A stretch of 64,000 nt of DNA from Lama guanicoe (lineage: Eukaryota): the NCBI GenBank assembly GCA_013239625.1, contig MU053487.1, positions 3,679,058-3,743,057 of the forward strand, in the 5' to 3' direction. The translations under genes and the position numbers were made by a program. The notes beneath the pieces were generated by a model. The model saw only the letters and a program-made list of their open reading frames with translations. It was not told the DNA's origin and did not search any database. Shown in pieces: positions 39,951 to 51,156 of this stretch; positions within the stretch are counted from its first letter, which is position 1; each line of letters starts with the position of its first letter.

Positions 39951-40069
39951 GAGTGGACAGACACTTTGATGGCTGTTCTTCTGATCAGGTTGAAAGGGCT
40001 GAATAACCACAGGGCCCGAGTGGCACTAAACCGTGAAATGGTCCTCTCTTTGTTGAGCACCATAAATGT
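39951..40069 (-). CDS. SCN10A: SCN10A coding exon 2 ([40 protein letters not shown])
   Basis: Acceptor ttttgttgtag|ACA, 119 nt, U12-type donor GTATCCTTT. Confidence 0.97.
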
Positions 40070-40698
40070 CTACAACAAAACAAAAGAGAAGGTGGACCTC
40101 CAGTGAGAAACACACATCCTCCCCCAAACATGGTTTTCATCATAAGTGAGATCACCTCAGGCTCAAGAGAGAACCCATGGGTCAATGAGAGGCAAACAGA
40201 GGGGCAGGGAGTTAGGGAGGATTAGGAACTAAAAGCCATATCCTCACCCTCCTAGCAAGACCCCAAGCCCCATGGCTGACTGCATCAAGGTGGGCTCCTG
40301 AGAGTGCCCAGTGAACAGGCAGCTGACCCGGGGGCTGGTGAGATGCATCGTGCCCAGGGTGAGGACTGGCAGCAGGAGAGTGGGGTTCTGGTTGCATGTA
40401 ATTCCTCTTCTGATTAGTGGATCGTCCCTGGTCTATGATGGTCCTTCTGTTCTCCACCTCCTAGGTCTCCCCTTTTACACCCTCTACTGTTCCCTTCTCT
40501 GAGCATCTAGGGGGATGCAGGCTTTTAGCAGGTGAGAGGAGAGAAAAGACATTCCAGTGCCTTTTAATTTGCTCTACAAACCATATTTGAGATGATTCAT
40601 TCCTGCCGCTCCCAACTTCCAAACACTCACACACCACTGTTTTCATCCAAGATACAACACAAACTGGATAATTGGCATGAAATAGCTCTTGTTTAAAC

Positions 40699-41089
40699 TA
40701 GTGGTTCACAAACTTTGATTTCAGGACCCTTTTATACTCTTAAAAATTATTTAGGACTTTAAAGGTTAATGTTTATACCTTTTTGCTTATACCGTGTGTG
40801 TATGTATATGTGTGTGTATGTGTGTCTATAAGTGCGCGTGCGCGCATGTGTGTGTATACTATTAGAAATTTAACACATAGAAAATTTAAAAACACAGGCA
40901 TATACAAACATACATTCTAGTAGACAGATGTGATCCTCCATCAATAGCCTCTGTGTTCACTATTACATGTTCATAAAAGTGTGACTGAAAAAGACAAATG
41001 ACATCTAAGTATTGTTAAGAAATACTTTTGAACTCCTGAAAGGTTTTGGGAACCCCAGGGGGTTTTAGATCGTACTTTGAGGACCACTG
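40699..41089. mobile_element. hAT-Charlie-type MITE relic containing a (TG/CG) simple repeat
   Basis: TIR-like tagtggttcacaaac ... tttgaggaccactg. Confidence 0.6.
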
Positions 41090-41470
41090 GTTTAAATCAC
41101 CCTGATTTTGGTTCCCCTTCCTTACTCTACCCACTACCTACCAGCCTCAAGACCTCTGCTCCCTGCTTGCAAAGAGAGCTAACACCTCTGAAAATTTGAG
41201 GCCAGAACTCATCCAAGGAAACAGCCAAATTCCTCTGAAAACTCCGCAGCAGCCGTCACTGCTTTTGAGGATTGGGGTTTAATTAACCTCTACCATAAAC
41301 ACCACTGAGATTCAAAGACAGCATCAAGAAGGTGAGTTAGATCTATTTTTCATTAATGGAGTCCAGTTCACAGCCACATCAGCCAGGGTGCAGGAGGGCT
41401 CCCAGGCTGGGTGGGACAGAGGCTTCCTCTCCCAGAGCAGAGAACAGCCGTTCCGGCCGGCAGCCCTTAC

Positions 41471-41740
41471 CCGGTGTGTACTGTAGAAGGGGTCCAAATC
41501 CTCCAAGGGCTCCCCGACCAGCTCTGCCGGGAGCTTGCCATAGAACTTGGGCAGCTTGTTGCAGGCTTTCAAGCATAGCTGTGGCCGAGACTTCTCTTCC
41601 TGGTCCTTCTGCTTCTTGGGCTTCTCTTGAACTTTCTTTGCCGCCTGCTTGGCAGCAATTCGTTTTTCAATAGCCACCAGGGACTCTGGAGTGAATCGAC
41701 GGAAGTGTGGAGCTTGCTGGGACCCAAAGGGGAATTCCAT
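41471..41740 (-). CDS. SCN10A: SCN10A coding exon 1 ([21 protein letters not shown]...[10 protein letters not shown]); exon probably begins at 41772 with 32 nt of UTR
   Basis: ATG at 41740, 270 nt, donor CGG|GTAAGG at 41471/41470; upstream acceptor ccctcctaag|AGTATAAATTC. Confidence 0.97.
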
Positions 41741-42277
41741 CTTCTCATTCTTCTTCAGGAAGAATTTATACTCTTAGGAGGGTGGACATAACCACAGAGA
41801 GGTAACAGCGTGCCCACTGGCCCTTTCCCTCCCATCTCTCCCACCCTGATTGCTAGAATAGAACAGTTTCTTCCCCACCCTGTCTCCAGTTACTTCCTTA
41901 ACTCACACTGAGCTCCCCCGGGACCTCACTGCCCCTGCAGCATGCTCAGGGGGAGGCTGTTTATTCCACCCTACTCCAGGTAACTCAGAGTCATGTCTAC
42001 ACTCTCTGTGAGCTTCCAAGTCATTGCCTCTTCATCACTTCGTAACACATCCCCACCAGATTCAACCATACTGCCCGCTCTCCTTGTTTCTAGGACCACT
42101 GAACAGCAGTCACTCTCCTGCATTCATCAAAAACTTCAGGTCATGGTCTACTTTATCTTGAGTCTCATCCTACTTTTTGACCACAACTTTTAATATATTT
42201 TTATATTATTGATTTATGTATTTTTAAATTAAAAAAATTTTATTGAAGTATGGTCAATTTAAAATGTGTCAATTTCT

Positions 42278-42704
42278 CAACATAACACCATTTGCAGCAA
42301 CATGGATGCTCCTGGAGAATGTCATTCTAAGTGAAGTAAGCCAGAAAGAGAAAGAAAAATACCATATGAGATCGTTCATATGTGAAATCTAAAAACAAAC
42401 AAACAAAACATAAATACAAAACAGAAACAGACTTATAGATATAGAATACAAACTTGTGGTTGCCAAGGGGGTGGGGGGTGGGAAGGGATAGACTGGGATT
42501 TCAAAATGTAGAATAGATAAACAAGATTATACTGTATAGCACAGGGAAATATACACAAGATCTTATGGTAGCTCACAGAGAAAAAAATATGACAATGAAT
42601 ATATATATGTTCATGTATAACTGAAAAATTGTGCTCTACACTGGAATTTGACATAACACTGTAAAATGATTATAAATCAAAAAATGTTCAAAAAAAAGAA
42701 AAAA
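42278..42704 (+). mobile_element. Young 5'-truncated L1 (camelid-type 3'UTR) nested in an older antisense L1 3' end
   Basis: 12-bp TSD gtgtcaatttct at 42266-42277 and 42705-42716; A-rich tail; gcagcaacatggatg...ctaagtgaagtaagccagaaagag. Confidence 0.92.
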
Positions 42705-45700
42705 GTGTCAATTTCTAGTGCACAGAAATTAACACATAATGTTTCAGTCATCCATATGCATACATATACATACGTGCCTTTTCCAATCTTTTATTTATTG
42801 ACATTTTCAATGTTTCTCCCCCAATCTGAACTTCATTTGGACCCCTGGGCTAATTTCTCTTTGTCCATAGCTGAATACTTCTCTCCATATCCAGATCAGA
42901 TCCCATGGTCTACCATTTTGACCACTCCCCTGTCCTTACGGTAAATGCCAAGTCTAGGTCAATCTAGATGAGTCTAATTCAGATTTCTCTGAATCTGAAC
43001 TATTGAAGGGTGATGGGGAACATCAATGCCCCTTGGGAATCATAGGGTTTCTCTAGGAAACAGTTTATTCTAGTCTGATATTTCAAATACTGTTCATCTT
43101 TTCTGACTACTACTTCCCATTTCCTCCTGCAGTAAGATAATAATCATGCTCCCTACCTCACAAAGGAAACACAGCTCCCTCAACCTCATGCCCCCCAAGC
43201 CTCCAACTTACCTGTGTTTATGTGCTCCTTTCCTCCCTTCCTTCTGACACAACTGGGAGAATATCACCCCTCATTCTGACTGAGGCCAATCTTTTCCTTC
43301 TGCTTTGGATCTTACCTCTTCATTACCTCATTTCTCTCTCTCTGCTGGATCCTTCCTGTCAACATTTAGAGATGCTTAAGTCTCCTTCAGCTTTAAAAAC
43401 TTTTACCTGATACACAGCCCGTCCAGTTCTTCCCTCTTCTCCTTCCATCCTCTACTGAGTTTCATAAAGAGCTCATTTCCACTCACTGTCTCAGGTCATT
43501 CTGCAGTTTTAGCAGCTTGACTTCTGTGTCCAATGACACACTAAAAGGCCTCCTTGCAAGGACAGCAGAGACCTTCCTGTGGCTGAATTCAGGGGGAACT
43601 TCTCAGTTCTGATTTTGATGGGGCTATTGGCTATTTTGACTACCCCTCCTTCTTCAACCACAGTCTGTCCTCAACTGCTGTGACACACTCAATCTCCTTT
43701 TCCTCACTTTCTCCCATATGTGACTATGACTCTTGGAGCTCTACATTATGCTTTTTAAATTTTTGAATAATGGTAATAATAATAACATCAACAGCACTGA
43801 TAATACCTAGCATTTGCAGAGACCTACTACGTTCCAGATTCTGGATTAATAAATTTGCATGCATTAACATATTAACCATCACTGTACCCAATGAGGTATT
43901 ATCTCTAATATATAAATGAGAAACCAGAGTGGCAAACTTGACTTTCCCAAGATCACAATGTTAGTAAGTGGCAGGACAGTTACTCCATCCTGGGTCTGTC
44001 TGACATCATCTCCTGAGAGCATTTCATCCATACCCGTGGCTTCAGTTCTCATCTATCTGCAGATGACTCCTCAGTCTTTATCTCCAGCTCTCATTATGTT
44101 CATGGGGCTCAGACCCTAATTTGGCATCTCCACTTGAATGTCTACTGGGCACCTCAAACTCAACATGCCCCAAATGGAACTTATTATCCTCTCTTCATCC
44201 TTTTCTAATCAATACCTGCCTCTCCTCTAAGGCTCTCTCCCTCTGTGAATGGCCCCAAATAGCCTATTTCTGTACTTGCTCACAACCTAGGTATCATCAT
44301 GGTGTCCTTTCTATTTCATTCCCACATCCAATCAGACATCCAGTGCCACTGATTCCATCTCCTTAGTATCTTCTCCTCATGTCCCTTTAGCCTCTCCATC
44401 ATATACTTGTGGTTCAATCACTGTCATCCAATTACCCACTATGCATCATTTTGCTTCCCCTTTAGTGCTTTTTCATCTGTTCTCCAACTGTAACCAAATG
44501 ATCTTTCCAAAATGCATATATGGTTATAATATATTCTTATTTAAAATCCTTCTAAAGCTTCTTACAGCACTCAAGATAATCCAAACTGTGTGCTTAACTC
44601 TCTAGCACTGTGATTGCCAGACATACTTTTTTTATTAGTTTCTCCTTGAACCAGACCCATTCTTTTTCATTTTAAGACCTTTCTGTTTTCTATTTCCTTT
44701 GTATGAAATTATTCCCACACCCTGCTTTGCCTGATTAATCCCCTGTCATTCTTTAACTCTTGGTTTCGAGATAACTCCTCCATTTCTGCCCCTATATGAA
44801 GTCTGTGTTAGGTTCCCCATTTCATGCTCCCATAACTCACTGCATTTTCTCTATAAACCTGTGATTTGTAATTGCTGTTTGCTTTACTATTTCTCTAACT
44901 AAATTGTAAGCTCAGTGAGGGAACACTTTATCTTTTTCAGCATTGATACTCCAGGTCCTAACATGTGTCTGGCATTTAGGAAATACTCAGTAGGCATTTG
45001 CTAAATGAATAATGTTAAACGAATATAAAGTTCAGAAACTGAAAAAACTAAAGACTGTTTTGTTTAGAAAAATACAGCAAAACCCACAAATCCAATCATA
45101 GGAAGACATAGAATCAAAGAGATTACTGAGTCTACTGACATTTTTTGGCTAGCACACCCCAAAGTCAAGGAGATGCTGGCAGAGACAGCTCTTGAAACTA
45201 TATCCCTGTGATGAAGACCCTGGTCACTGCTGCCAGTTCTTCTATGTACTGTGCTTCTAGGAGAAGCCCTCAATCCTCTGACATCACTCCTCTTCATTAA
45301 TGCCTTCCATGACTTTCTCCAGGAAACTTTCTCTTCCTCCTTTTCATTTCTCTGCCTTCTACCCATTTGTACTTGATTAAGGAACTTCCCAAAGTTTATC
45401 TACATTACAGGATTGAACATCTGTATTCTATCCTAGAAGTTCTGTGTGCTTCATGCTCATGTCCTGATTCATGTGATGTTTTTATGCGATGGTCACTCAA
45501 AGGGTGTTGACTTGATTGAATCCCATCAGTGTCTTTAATTCTTCCCTTCTGAGTAACAAGAGCTAAGTTAACTTTCTCTTCTTTGTCTAGGGGAGAAGAG
45601 CTACTTATATGTCAGAAACAAACTTACACCCCAGGACTCAGTTATACAGGAACAAGACAAGAACTTCCTCAGTGACACTGGAATGAAATGTTGAAGATTA

Positions 45701-46214
45701 AGTGCAGGACTAAGCCAGAATTCCAGGTGCTAGAACTGGAGCGTGGGGTCAAAGCAGACTCAATCATAAGGCTGACTTGATGCCAAGTGTCTGTAATAAT
45801 TCTGTTGAATGGCCAAGGACACAGTTGTTTTCAGTGTTAGAAGGTGGAATTATATTCACAGGTGGGAATTTGTAGTGATGTGATATAGGTACAATGGTCT
45901 AGTTCTTCTCCCAAGATTTTCCAATCAGGAGAGAGCTCTGGAATTGCAATCCCTTGATCACAGTGGTCTGTCTCTTTCCACCTATTGCTCAGTGATTTTA
46001 CATGGCATCCTGAGAGAGACATTTGGGTGCAAGCAGTTTGAGAGTTAATTCCAGGAAACTCAAAGATGAGTGAAAAGGTAAGAAAGAAGAAAGCCAACAG
46101 TATTTTTATAATCAGATTACTCTTGTGGGCAACCAGGGCTCAGAACTGTTTCACTGAAGGATAAGGACATGGAGGTTTTATCTACCAGTCCCACCCCTCA
46201 TGGGTTGAGAGTTA

Positions 46215-46555
46215 TAATAAACTAATAATCTAGTAAGTAAAATGTTTATCTAAGTTCTTTGAGCTTCTCTAGTGAATTAATCAAACTCAAGGAGGGGGTC
46301 ATGGGAACCGCTGATTTTTAGCCAGTTGGTCAGAAGCCTGGGTAACAAACCCGGGCTTGTAATTGTTGTCTGAAGATTGGGAGGCAGAATAAGTCTTGTG
46401 AGTTTTTAACCCTTGACGCTACCTCCAGGTAGATAATGTCTGAATTGAGTTGAATTGTAGGACATACAGCTGGTGTCTGGAGAATTGCTCCTGGTGGTGG
46501 GGGGGAGGCGGAAACACACACACACACATATATTGGAATTGGGTATTAGAACATC
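46215..46555 (+). mobile_element. MER21-like LTR 3' fragment
   Basis: Clearly similar to 62440-62770 (agccagttggtcagaagc, gagttgaattgta.gaca). Confidence 0.7.
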
Positions 46556-47831
46556 TTAGCAGGACAGAGTGTGCTTTCTCCTAGCTTCTGTTGTTCTTAC
46601 TAGGAAAAATATTTCTCTGATCATACAGCAAATCTGAGTTGATCACAAAGATGGCTGAGACTCATGAGAAGAACTATTTAATTCATCAATCCATAGGAAC
46701 AATAGCATTGGGCATAATTATCTCTTTTAATCCCCACAGAAATCCTTAAGAGTAGATAGAAGGTATTTTCTTCTGTATGAGAATCAAGAACCACTAGGGT
46801 CTGTGCTAATTATAAGTTATAAAGATATTAACTGGACTAAACAAGTTTGTCTCTGAGTCTTTTGAGTCCATATCCAATGTTCTCCCATTTCTGGGACAGT
46901 CTGGCTGGCTGAAGCAGTTCTGGAATCCTACTGACTGGGGCATCATTGGAGGGCTCTGGGACTAAACTGAATGCATTCAGATTTGGTGAGGTTTTAAGGA
47001 GCCTCTTTTTGTCTTATATAGCTCACTGAGGCTCTTAAAAATCCAATAGAGGATGTTCTCCACTAATGTAGCATTTGTCCCTGTATGGCAGATACGATGT
47101 GGGCAAACAGATAATTACAGTTTTTCCAGAGCCTGATTAGTAGGTGAAAGTGTCAGCCTCCTATCCCTTATAGGATTACATCTCCTCATGCTTCTTGTGG
47201 TCATTCTCATCTCCTTATATACAACCAAAATTATCATTTCATGCAGGTGACTCCTAAATCTCACATTTCTTCTGAGCTCCAGACCCACTAATCCAATGCC
47301 TTTGTATATATACTCTTAAGTGCTCTATAGACAGCTCAAATCATTGTCTCCCAGGATAGTATCTCTACCCCAAATTCTTCTGTGTTGCCTATCTCAATAA
47401 ACTGCATAATAGTTTTTCTAGTATGGAAACCTAAGGGTCCTCCTTTATGCTTCTTTCTGCCTCAAGTCTTCCTCCGTTATGCCAGACACTGTTTTAGACT
47501 CTGGGGATACAGAGTGAACAACTTATAGAGCTATAACCTTTGGGAGCTTAAATGTAGCTCTGGGTCTCAGCCAACTTTTCTGGCCAGTGTCCCAGGCAGA
47601 CACTTTCCAGAGAAGAATAAGACTGAAGTTATTATGACAACATGGGTAGTCTGGAGTCACATTTGAAACACAGATCTAAATGTATTATCTTCAGCTTGGG
47701 CCTTTCACTTACATTCCATATTCTTAAATTCAACTGTCCACTTATCACTCTTCACCTGCATGTCCGATTGATTTATAAAGCCTACCTATTGATTTCATTA
47801 TTCCAAATGTACTCTCTTCTTAGTCATTTTC

Positions 47832-48015
47832 TTTTCTTTTCTTAACATTTTTTATTGATTTATAATAATTTTACAATGTTGTGTCAAATTCCAGTGTAGA
47901 GCACAATTTTTCAATTATACATGAACATATGTATATATTCATTGTCACATTTTTTCTCTATGAGCTACCATAAAATCTTGTGTATATTTCCCTGTGCTAT
48001 ACAGTATAATCTTGT
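47832..48015 (-). mobile_element. Young 5'-truncated L1 3' end, same family as 42278-42704
   Basis: 12-bp TSD ttagtcattttc at 47820-47831 and 48016-48027; reverse complement of ~42520-42700. Confidence 0.92.
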
Positions 48016-50180
48016 TTAGTCATTTTCAATTCAATAAATCAAAACTTCATCCTTCCAGTGGTTCATGCCCAAGTCTTGAAACTTCAGATTAGCTGTTACC
48101 TTTCCTTCTCAAATCTCAAATTTGTCCCTCAGAAAATTCTAATAACCCTGTTTCTGAAGTGTAGCTGTCTGCTTCACATCACAGCCGTGGCTACTACCAT
48201 ACTCGAAACCACTAATCACCCACCTCCACTGCCACCTCCATTCGTCATCATCTCTTTCCTGGGCTGCTTTTCTATCTTCTCAATGTGTCTCACTGCTAGC
48301 ATTCTCTCAGATCCATGTAGCCTATACTTTTGAATCAGTAAGAGTGATCCTTTAAAAGCATGCTCTGAAGTGTGTTCCCATAACTTTATCCCTGCGCTCA
48401 CCTCATACTATTCTCTCCATTGCTCCCTAGCCCAGTCTCATAGACTACCTTGCTGGTTTGTTGGAAGCATTGAACACAATCTTGCCTCAAGGTTTTGCTG
48501 CTATCTCTGCCTGGTATTCTCTTCCCATTTATAACCACATGGCTCATTCAAATATCGCCCTTTTAGGGAAGCTTCCCCTGACCAGTTCCCCCCAAACAAC
48601 AGTCCCTGGCCACTCTCTATCCCTTTACTTTGCTTCATGTTTCCACATAATCTACTTTAAATCAACTAATATTAACATTTTATTTGTTTACAATCTATCT
48701 CCTTCAACTAGATTTTTTTGCTCCCCAATATTGTGGATTTTGTCTGTTTGTTTAACTATTGAACCATTAACACTCAGAACAGTGTTTGGCACATACTAGG
48801 TGGTCAACAAATATTTGTGGAATAAATGAATGAATAAATCCTGACTGGCTATGTACCCGAGGTTTATAGAACACTGCTAGAGATTTTTATCTACCACCAG
48901 AATTGAGTTTTAGGAAAACAAGGAAGAGACAGCACTAGGACCTGGGCTGTGAGACCAGGGTGGGTAGAAACTGACCATATCCCATGTTACTGGGGGAAAA
49001 AGTGTTTTCTGTTCACTAACAACTTAAGGTGGGCACTCCTAAAATCCACCCTGATTTGATTAAATTTGTTTTTCAAGGTGGAAGGAGAACAGTGAGGACT
49101 GGACCCTGGAGGGATGTAGAGGTGAATAGGTGCTGAACATTACAGAGGTGCTGTAGCCAGAAAGGAAGAACAAGGACCTGTCAATGTTGTAGAAAAGCAG
49201 GAAGAAAAGTTTTAAGAATTGCTGAGTCTTATTCTAGTAGCAGGAATGGTTTTAGTCATGGGGATTCTGGGGGAGTGTGAATAAGTACTGTGGAGCAGAA
49301 ATAATGTGACTAGATTGCTTGAGTTGCTGAAAGAGAGTGGTTGGTATATGGGTGTAACTACAAACATGATTAAACTAATTATGAGGGTACCCAAAGAGCA
49401 GGACCATGATAGTGAGCTGCTTCAGGTTCTGCATCTATGACTTGGCTGCCTGGTGGAGCAGCAAGCTTGTCATCAGGATGTCACCAGGACTAAGAATGTG
49501 GTTTGGACCTTTCATGGGTGGATTGTAAATGTGACTAAGCTGGTGCTGAGAAATAGAAACCAAGCTATTGACAGATGTGAGTGAAACTGTGTTGTGCATG
49601 GTGCTGACAGTGTGGTTAGGCTCTTTAGTTAGTGGAATGAGCAGCCTAGCTAGCTTTAGCACTGGGGATATTGTTGGGCTATCCATGCTAATGGGAGCAT
49701 GGAATTAAATGTCCCTGTTTTGAGGGCTGTGGCCAGACTAGTCAAGACTTAGTGTAGTCCCCAAATGTCAGCATTTTAGATAGTTGGTGATACTGACATA
49801 TGTCCAGCTGAGCTGTCCATTGCCCTGAAAATTTTAATTGTAGGCATCTGATTGGAGCAACAGGGAAACTGGACATGTGGGTAAGCTGTCCAGAGAAGAG
49901 ATAGAGTTTGAAGTAAGATGCCACTGGGAAAGTGCAATAAACTGTGGTGACGAAAGTGAGACCACATTGTCCATGGTCCTGCCCAGTCATTGGAGATTGA
50001 GCCTCAGCTATCTGGGACATCAGAAAAATATGTCTAAGCTGTCTTTGAAGTTGAATAGCCCTGAGTTGCCCCTGGTGCTAAAGGAATGGGGCTATGGGAA
50101 TCCTTGCAGAGCATAATTTACCTCAAAATGATTCAGAGATAATAGCTAGCTAAGTATTTACAGTGTGGAGAAAAATGGCA

Positions 50181-50201
50181 TGCACTGTTCGTGGTGCTGA
50201 A
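50181..50201 (-). promoter_or_regulatory. RE1/NRSE (REST site) TTCAGCACCACGAACAGTGCA
   Basis: 18/21 match to consensus; offset 48 bp from the neighbouring site, same orientation. Confidence 0.8.
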
Positions 50202-50228
50202 AGAGCAAGGGAGTGCTGAGTGTGCCCT

Positions 50229-50249
50229 CGAGCTGTCCGTGGTGCTGAC
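50229..50249 (-). promoter_or_regulatory. RE1/NRSE (REST site) GTCAGCACCACGGACAGCTCG
   Basis: 18/21 match to TTCAGCACCACGGACAGCGCC, with a perfect 17-nt core. Confidence 0.9.
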
Positions 50250-51037
50250 TAAGACCTGTAGGGATGGGTGAGAGCTGAGAGGGAATGGTATTCTATGAGG
50301 CTTGGTAAGTAACTGACCTGTTTGTGATGCTCAATGAGTGTGCCAGGATAAAGTGCTGAGAATAATCAAACTTCTGTGGGGGATACAGTGAAATAAAGGA
50401 GTAATTCAAGGAAGAAAGAAATGTGGGAGTTTGGGGGGAAAGTGCCTAGCAAGAATTTAATCAAAACATCTCTACCCACTAGAACAGAGATCCAAACGAA
50501 GCTGAAGAGGAGGTAAATATTGTTTTCTCAAGGGTCTTTGTATCCCAACCCCAACCTAATGAAAACAGAATCAGAATGAGGGAAAATATTTTTGTCAGTA
50601 AGGAAGAAAACAAGTTCTTCATCACATGATGTGGGAGTGTTATGGATCCAGAAACTCAGGATGCTGGATTGAGTCAGTATTAGAGACTTCAAGTTATAAC
50701 TACTAAAAAAAAGAAAAACCAGAGAGATAGTGTGATTTTGTTAAAATAGCACTGGAATTGGTTGCCTTACCCTCATTTCTGTAATTTGTGAACTGCAGAC
50801 AATAACATCTGCCCTCCTAATCTGACACTGTTGTTGGGAGAATCAAATAATATATGCGAAAGCATTTTGAAAGCTAAGTGCTGTGCAAATGCACAACGTA
50901 ACTTTAATATTCCCCATTACACATGCGATTTAATAGCCAATAGCCACTTAGCCTATTTCAATTCCCTACCACTAGTTCTCAGAATACAAATTAAACATGT
51001 GAGATCATTTACAATTAAACACAAGATAAAAACTCAT

Positions 51038-51156
51038 GGAGGGGAGGGTATAGCTCAGTGGTAGAGTGCATGCCTAGCATGCATGAGGTCCTGGGTTCAA
51101 CCCCCAGTACCTCCATTAAGTAAATAGATGAATAAACCTAATTACCTTCCCTCCTA
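51038..51156 (+). mobile_element. tRNA-derived SINE (camelid Vic-1-like), full length
   Basis: A box tagctcagtgg, B box gggttcaacc, TSD aaaaactcat at 51028-51037 and 51157-51166. Confidence 0.92.

Noticed and set aside
40832..40859. Alternating purine-pyrimidine tract (Z-DNA potential)
   Set aside because: Short, common simple repeat inside a transposon relic, with no supporting context.
2300..41740. Calling SCN10A a pseudogene outright
   Set aside because: Twelve of 13 exons have intact frames and valid splice sites, and a frame-preserving GC donor exists for exon 6. The evidence is insufficient without RNA data.
2300..41740. Assignment to SCN5A or SCN11A
   Set aside because: The MEFP start, TQDSWE (SCN5A has Cys there), I-II loop sequence and exon sizes fit SCN10A.
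51041..51115. tRNA-like sequence with A and B boxes
   Set aside because: It is the head of a SINE with a TSD and tail; further copies occur at 34.2, 36.9 and 62.3 kb.
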